Below are positions 59,135 through 64,000 of a stretch of DNA of 64,000 bases, in pieces (within the stretch, counting starts at the first letter, position 1; each line of letters begins with the position of its first letter). This stretch comes from a virus (taxonomy: Duplodnaviria; Heunggongvirae; Uroviricota; Caudoviricetes). The translations under genes and the position numbers were made by a program. The stretch lies in IMG/VR virus record IMGVR_UViG_3300043418_000226; one strand, given 5' to 3'. The notes beneath the pieces are model-generated. The model was not told where the DNA came from and searched no databases. It saw only the letters and a program-made list of their open reading frames with translations.

Positions 59135-59980
59135 ATGTCAACATTTGATGCAGTACTTGCACAGTACGAGAAAAACAAAAACGCCACAAGTGGCACCGCA
59201 AACAAAGTATCCCAAGAGGATAGATTAAAAAAGTATTTTGTAACTTTATTACCAAAAGGTTCTAAAGGAGAAGAAAGACGTATTCGTATTTTACCTACAA
59301 AAGATGGTAGTTCTCCATTTGTTGAGGTTTTCTTCCACGAAGTTCAAGTGGATGGTAAATGGGTAAAATTATATGACCCAAAACAAGAAGGTAGTCGTTC
59401 ACCATTACATGAAGTTTACGAAGGATTAATGATGACAGGTGTAGATTCTGACAAAGAATTGGCTCGTCAATATCGTTCACGTAAGTTTTATATTGTCAAA
59501 GTAATTGACCGTGATAACGAACAAGACGGTGTTAAATTTTGGAGATTCAAACATAACCATAAAGGTGACGGGGTAATCGATAAAATCTTCCCTATCTTCC
59601 GTAACAAAGGTGATGTTACACATCCTGAAACAGGTCGTGATTTGATTCTTTCATTATCATTGACTAAAGCAGGTACAGGTAAAGAGTACACAGTAATTAA
59701 TTCAGTATTAAACGATGATGCTAGTCCATTACACGCAGATGCGGACATTGCTAAAACATGGTTAGATGACGAATTAACTTGGTCAGATGCTTATTCTAAG
59801 AAAAGTGTTGATTATTTAGAGTTGGTTGCTCGTGGAGAAGCACCAAGATGGGATAACGACCAAAAGAAATATGTTTCAACATCTACAAGCGATGAAACAT
59901 TTTCAACTCCACAAAAGAGTTCAACTCCAACAGTTGACCCACAAGTAGACGAAGAGGTAGACGAAGATTTACCATTTTAA
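59135..59980 (+). CDS. gp32: Single-stranded DNA-binding protein (T4 gp32-like)
   Basis: IRILP, PFVEVFFH, GRDL.L, and an acidic tail ending DEDLPF. Confidence 0.85.
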   Translation: MSTFDAVLAQYEKNKNATSGTANKVSQEDRLKKYFVTLLPKGSKGEERRIRILPTKDGSSPFVEVFFHEVQVDGKWVKLYDPKQEGSRSPLHEVYEGLMMTGVDSDKELARQYRSRKFYIVKVIDRDNEQDGVKFWRFKHNHKGDGVIDKIFPIFRNKGDVTHPETGRDLILSLSLTKAGTGKEYTVINSVLNDDASPLHADADIAKTWLDDELTWSDAYSKKSVDYLELVARGEAPRWDNDQKKYVSTSTSDETFSTPQKSSTPTVDPQVDEEVDEDLPF

Positions 59981-59992
59981 TTAACAAACAAC

Positions 59993-60023
59993 GGAACCCT
60001 CGAATCCATCTTGGGTTCCTTTT
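59993..60023 (+). terminator. Hairpin between SSB and recombinase (weak terminator/attenuator)
   Basis: GGAACCC...GGGTTCC followed by TTTT. Confidence 0.45.
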
Positions 60024-60035
60024 AAAAAAAACAAC

Positions 60036-61046
60036 ATGGCAATTAAAAAGAATGACTTTTCCGCTCTAAAGAAAAAGTTCTCTAAAGAAGCCTCTTTCAA
60101 AGCCGAAAGATTCTTTGATTTAGGAAACGCTTTCTTAGAAGCAACGGGGTTACCCGGTCCGGCAATGGGACACATAAACATGTTACTTGGCCATTCAGAC
60201 ACAGGTAAAACAACAGCATTGGTGAAAACTGCCGTTGACGCACAAAAGAAAGGAATACTTCCTGTCTTTATTATCACGGAACAGAAATGGGATTTCCCTC
60301 ACGCTAAATTGATGGGGTTTGAATGTGAACAAGTGGTAGACGAGGAAACAGGAGCAATTGATTGGGATGGTTTTTTCCTTTTCAACAATAACTTCCAATA
60401 CATTGAACAAATTACAGATTACATAAACGAATTACTTGATGCACAATCAAAAGGTGATATACCACATGATATGTTGTTTTTATGGGATTCTGTGGGTTCT
60501 GTTCCGTGTAAAATGACTTTTGATGGTAAAGGTGGTAAACAACATAATGCATCCGTATTATCAGATAAAATCGGAATGGGTCTGAATCAACGTATTTCAG
60601 GTTCAAGAAGAACTGACAATGATTATACAAACACGTTAGTAATTGTAAATCAACCATGGGTAGAATTACCTGACAATCCATTTGGTCAACCAAAGATTAA
60701 AGCTAAAGGTGGTGAGGCCATTTGGTTAAATTCAACTTTAGTGTTCTTATTTGGTAATCAGAAAGGTGCGGGAACGACTAAAATCTCAATCACTAAAGAT
60801 AAGAGAAAAGTTAAAATCGCAACAAGAACTAAAATCTCAATTATGAAAAACCACGTAAATGGTTTAGGATATGAAGATGGTCGTATCTTGGTAACATCTC
60901 ACGGATTTATGCCGGGTAGAGATGATGTTGAAGAGAAAAAATCAATCGAAGACTACAAAAAAATCTCAGGAGATTATATTAGTGAAAGATTGGGTGTTAG
61001 TGTTGCAGACATCGCAGACGTGAAAGTTGTAACAGAAGAAGAGTAA
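60036..61046 (+). CDS. uvsX: RecA/UvsX-like recombinase
   Basis: Walker A GHSDTGKT, WDSVGSVP, VIVNQ and KGGEA. Confidence 0.85.
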   Translation: MAIKKNDFSALKKKFSKEASFKAERFFDLGNAFLEATGLPGPAMGHINMLLGHSDTGKTTALVKTAVDAQKKGILPVFIITEQKWDFPHAKLMGFECEQVVDEETGAIDWDGFFLFNNNFQYIEQITDYINELLDAQSKGDIPHDMLFLWDSVGSVPCKMTFDGKGGKQHNASVLSDKIGMGLNQRISGSRRTDNDYTNTLVIVNQPWVELPDNPFGQPKIKAKGGEAIWLNSTLVFLFGNQKGAGTTKISITKDKRKVKIATRTKISIMKNHVNGLGYEDGRILVTSHGFMPGRDDVEEKKSIEDYKKISGDYISERLGVSVADIADVKVVTEEE

Positions 61047-61064
61047 CCTATAATAAAAAAATAA

Positions 61065-62087
61065 ATGCCCGTATTACTTGTTGATGGTGACAATTTACTT
61101 ACGATTGGATTTTATGGTGTGAAGAATTACTTCTATAAAGGAACACATATTGGGGGAATATATCATTTCCTCAATACCCTTAGAAGGTCATTCGAGACGT
61201 ATCATTTAGATAAAATTGTAGTATTTTGGGATGGTCATGAAGGTTCTCAAACCAGAAGAAAAATATACTCTCACTACAAAGAGAATAGGAAACAAAGAAT
61301 AAGAACCGAGGAAGATATAAACTCATACAATTACCAAAGAGATAGAGTAAAACAATATCTTGAGGAATTGTTTGTTAGACAAGGTGAATATGAATATTGT
61401 GAAACAGATGACTGTATTGCATATTATACACAAAAGTCTATCAATGAAAAAATGATAGTTTATTCTTCTGATGGTGATTTAACACAACTTGTTTCAGAGA
61501 CGACACAAATCTACAATCCGTCTCATCAAAAATTATACAAAAAAAACGATACAATTGTTTACGACCATGAAGAGATTTTAATAGAAAATGTTAAATTGGT
61601 TAAAATGATGTGTGGGGATTCTTCAGATAATATTGCAGGAATTAGAGGATTAGGTGTAAAAAGTTTCCTATCTTTATTTCCTGAATTAAAAACTGAACCT
61701 TTAAACATTCAAAACGTAAAAGACAAATGTAATTCGATATTTGAACAAGACAAAAACAATAAGTTAGTAACTAAACTATTAACTGGCGTAACAAAACACG
61801 GTGTGTTAGGTGAAGAGTTTTTTGATGTGAATAATCGAATCGTTAGTTTGGATGAACCATTTTTAACAGACGAAGCAAGAGAGGACATTAATTTATTAAT
61901 GAACGAATCATTGGACCCAGAGGGTAGGTCATATAAAAACACAATGAAAATGATGATGGAGGATGGTTTATTTAATGTATTACCTAAATCGGATGATGCA
62001 TGGATAAAGTTTCTTAACCCTTTCCTCAGATTAACAAGAAAAGAAAAAAATAATAAAAAAACAATCAAAATTAAACAGTATGAGTAA
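61065..62087 (+). CDS. 5'-3' exonuclease / flap endonuclease (T4 RNase H, PolI N-terminal-like)
   Basis: LLVDGDNL, VFWDG, ETDDCIA, SSDGDL.QL and GDSSDNIAGIRGLGVK. Confidence 0.93.
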   Translation: MPVLLVDGDNLLTIGFYGVKNYFYKGTHIGGIYHFLNTLRRSFETYHLDKIVVFWDGHEGSQTRRKIYSHYKENRKQRIRTEEDINSYNYQRDRVKQYLEELFVRQGEYEYCETDDCIAYYTQKSINEKMIVYSSDGDLTQLVSETTQIYNPSHQKLYKKNDTIVYDHEEILIENVKLVKMMCGDSSDNIAGIRGLGVKSFLSLFPELKTEPLNIQNVKDKCNSIFEQDKNNKLVTKLLTGVTKHGVLGEEFFDVNNRIVSLDEPFLTDEAREDINLLMNESLDPEGRSYKNTMKMMMEDGLFNVLPKSDDAWIKFLNPFLRLTRKEKNNKKTIKIKQYE

Positions 62088-62529
62088 TCAACAATTAGAC
62101 ATTACGAAATTCGAGTTCCTTTTATCTTTAGATGGAAACATCATTTGCCAAAGATATTTCAACGTGAAAGATCACGTTAGTCAATCAAGACGTTCGATGG
62201 ATATCCACTATTATATCCAAAATATTTGTGACGATATTTCGGAAGATTTAAAAATGAAAAGTTCCAATTATTTGTGTGAAAATCAAAACTATTTCCTATC
62301 TTCGGACTATGTGGAAGATGCACCCGAAAAAGATAGAGAACATTTTTTATTGGAATTAAAGATAGGTGACGAGGTATTTATTCAAAGGATATTTCCAGCA
62401 TATTGGTATCACCCAAAAGTTAGATACACGGTTGACATTAGACCAAATTTAAAAAGAATCTTGTCTGATTTAACGGACATACTTTCTTCAGAAAATTTGG
62501 AAACCACCTATCTACAATACGAACTATAA
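62080..62529 (+). CDS. Hypothetical protein
   Basis: 149-aa ORF overlapping the exonuclease stop. Confidence 0.6.
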   Translation: MSNQQLDITKFEFLLSLDGNIICQRYFNVKDHVSQSRRSMDIHYYIQNICDDISEDLKMKSSNYLCENQNYFLSSDYVEDAPEKDREHFLLELKIGDEVFIQRIFPAYWYHPKVRYTVDIRPNLKRILSDLTDILSSENLETTYLQYEL

Positions 62530-62555
62530 TTAAGAACAAATAAAAAAAAATAAAC

Positions 62556-63929
62556 ATGGAAGAAAGGAATTTTGGGTATTTAGGGTTTTCCTTCCAACAG
62601 TCGTTATTAAAGGCGATTGTGGAAGATAAAAAATATGGTGAGACTATCATAGATGTGTTAGAGACGAAATTTTTCGATAATAACTCATTTAGATATATCA
62701 TGGAAAACATGAAGGAGTTGTACAAAACATATGAGAAAATACCCGATTACAATACATTGGCTCAGAAAATCATGGCCGAAGGAGGTAATCGTGATTCTTC
62801 CAGAGTACACATTGATACATTAGAAACCATCAAAGCGGACGAAAAAGATACGGCATACGTAAAAGACACCGCACTTAATTTTTGTAAACAACAAAATTTA
62901 AAAAGAGAGTTAAAAAATGTTCAAAATATCATTGAAAGTGGTGAGTTCGAAGCTTATAATAGAATTGAACAAATTATCCAAAAGGCATTACAAGTTGGTA
63001 TTGCAGATGATGAGGGAACAGATGTTTTTCATGATGTTGATGGAGCATTAGAAAAAGATTTTAGACATCCGCTACCAACGGGTATTGTAGGTGTAGATAA
63101 TCTATTAAAAGGTGGTTTAGGTATTGGTGAGTTAGGTGTAGTATTGGCACCAACAGGAACAGGAAAAACAACGTTATTAACTAAATTCGCCAACACAGCT
63201 TACAACTTAGGATATAATGTAGTTCAAATTTTCTTCGAGGATAATCCGGGTAACATCAAGAGAAAACACTATACCATTTGGTCAGGAATTGCACCGGATG
63301 AACAACCTGAATTTGCGGAAGAAGTAAAAGTAAAAATCAGTGAAGCTCAAGAACGTTCAAAAGGTAGTTTAAGATTATTGAAGTTATCAAGTGATAACGT
63401 TACAGTATCTGAAATTAAAAACAAAATCAGAAAGATGAATTCTGACGGTGGAAAAATAGATTTACTAGTGTTAGACTATGTTGACTGTATTTCATCTGAT
63501 AAGGCATCAAATGGTGAAGAATGGAAAGGTGAAGGTTCTGTAATGAGAAGTTTAGAATCGATGACCGGAGAATTCGATATTGCAATTTGGACGGCAACAC
63601 AAGGTAATCGTGAATCAATTTCATCTGAAGTTGTAACGGGAGACCAAATGGGAGGTTCGATTAAGAAAGCACAGATTGCTCACGTAATTTTGTCAATTGG
63701 TAAAACATTAGAACAAAAGGAACACAATTTAGCGACTTTAACTTTACTTAAGTCACGTATCGGTAAAGACGGAGTAGTATTCCAAAACTGTAAATTCAAC
63801 AATGAGTTTATTGTTATTGATACTGAATCACAAAATACGTTATTAGGACACGAAGAAAAGAAAGTTGAAAATAATCAAAACCGAGCAAGAGAGGCTTTCC
63901 TTAAAAGACAAGAATTAACTAACAGATAA
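62556..63929 (+). CDS. gp41: Replicative DNA helicase (DnaB/T4 gp41-like)
   Basis: LAPTGTGKTT, LVLDYVD, WTATQGNR and LLKSRIG. Confidence 0.93.
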   Translation: MEERNFGYLGFSFQQSLLKAIVEDKKYGETIIDVLETKFFDNNSFRYIMENMKELYKTYEKIPDYNTLAQKIMAEGGNRDSSRVHIDTLETIKADEKDTAYVKDTALNFCKQQNLKRELKNVQNIIESGEFEAYNRIEQIIQKALQVGIADDEGTDVFHDVDGALEKDFRHPLPTGIVGVDNLLKGGLGIGELGVVLAPTGTGKTTLLTKFANTAYNLGYNVVQIFFEDNPGNIKRKHYTIWSGIAPDEQPEFAEEVKVKISEAQERSKGSLRLLKLSSDNVTVSEIKNKIRKMNSDGGKIDLLVLDYVDCISSDKASNGEEWKGEGSVMRSLESMTGEFDIAIWTATQGNRESISSEVVTGDQMGGSIKKAQIAHVILSIGKTLEQKEHNLATLTLLKSRIGKDGVVFQNCKFNNEFIVIDTESQNTLLGHEEKKVENNQNRAREAFLKRQELTNR

Positions 63930-63939
63930 AATAAAAGAT

Positions 63940-64000
63940 ATGACTGAAAAGATTTTAATGGACAACCCGGGTAGGTTTGTCTTATTCCCTATTGAACACC
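63940..64000 (+). CDS. nrdB: Ribonucleotide reductase class Ia beta subunit, 5' fragment
   Basis: MTEKILMDNPGRFVLFPIEH matches the E.IL..N..RFV.FPI.H start of RNR beta; truncated by the window end. Confidence 0.75.
   Translation, partial: MTEKILMDNPGRFVLFPIEH

Noticed and set aside
1-64000. Stop-codon reassignment (TAG/TGA recoding seen in some large phages)
   Set aside because: Genes up to 1925 aa are uninterrupted in the standard code and coding density is high; TAG (31255) and TGA (51712) act as plausible stops.
1-64000. tRNA, rRNA, integrase, transposase or DGR reverse transcriptase
   Set aside because: No cloverleaf-like intergenic sequence or corresponding protein motifs were recognised by eye; tRNAscan-SE/Infernal would be needed to exclude them.

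Overview
A 64-kb segment of a large, AT-rich T4-like (contractile-tailed) dsDNA phage genome using the standard genetic code. The host is probably a Bacteroidota member: the phage encodes a Bacteroidia-type bS21 with Tyr54, a DUF4494-like gene and TAnnTTTG promoters, and the start regions inspected lack Shine-Dalgarno sites. In order, the window holds: a head module (portal, prohead protease, acidic scaffold, major capsid) with an antisense ribosomal protein S21 gene; dCMP deaminase; a minus-strand block (small modular basic proteins, a GNAT, a gp5-like spike, a gp55-like sigma factor, three glycosyltransferases, PhoH, dUTPase and a WYL protein); a tail-fibre/adhesin cluster ending in a ubiquitin-like ORF; family B DNA polymerase, neck proteins and an SNF2 helicase; tail sheath, a structured intergenic region with a parS-like palindrome, tail tube, a chaperone with a probable programmed frameshift, tape measure and giant baseplate proteins; a Dps-like protein; and a replication module (gp32 SSB, RecA/UvsX, 5'-3' exonuclease, DnaB/gp41, start of nrdB). 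The most notable unexplained patterns are (i) recurrent L/I-x-E motifs suggesting protease-processed, capsid-packaged cargo proteins, (ii) a TATTTAT(A) motif upstream of about 18 mostly late genes, which is the reverse complement of the T4 late promoter, (iii) a phage ubiquitin-like protein lacking the diglycine tail, and (iv) a parS/iteron-like locus inside the tail operon. All family assignments come from motif recognition by eye, not database searches.
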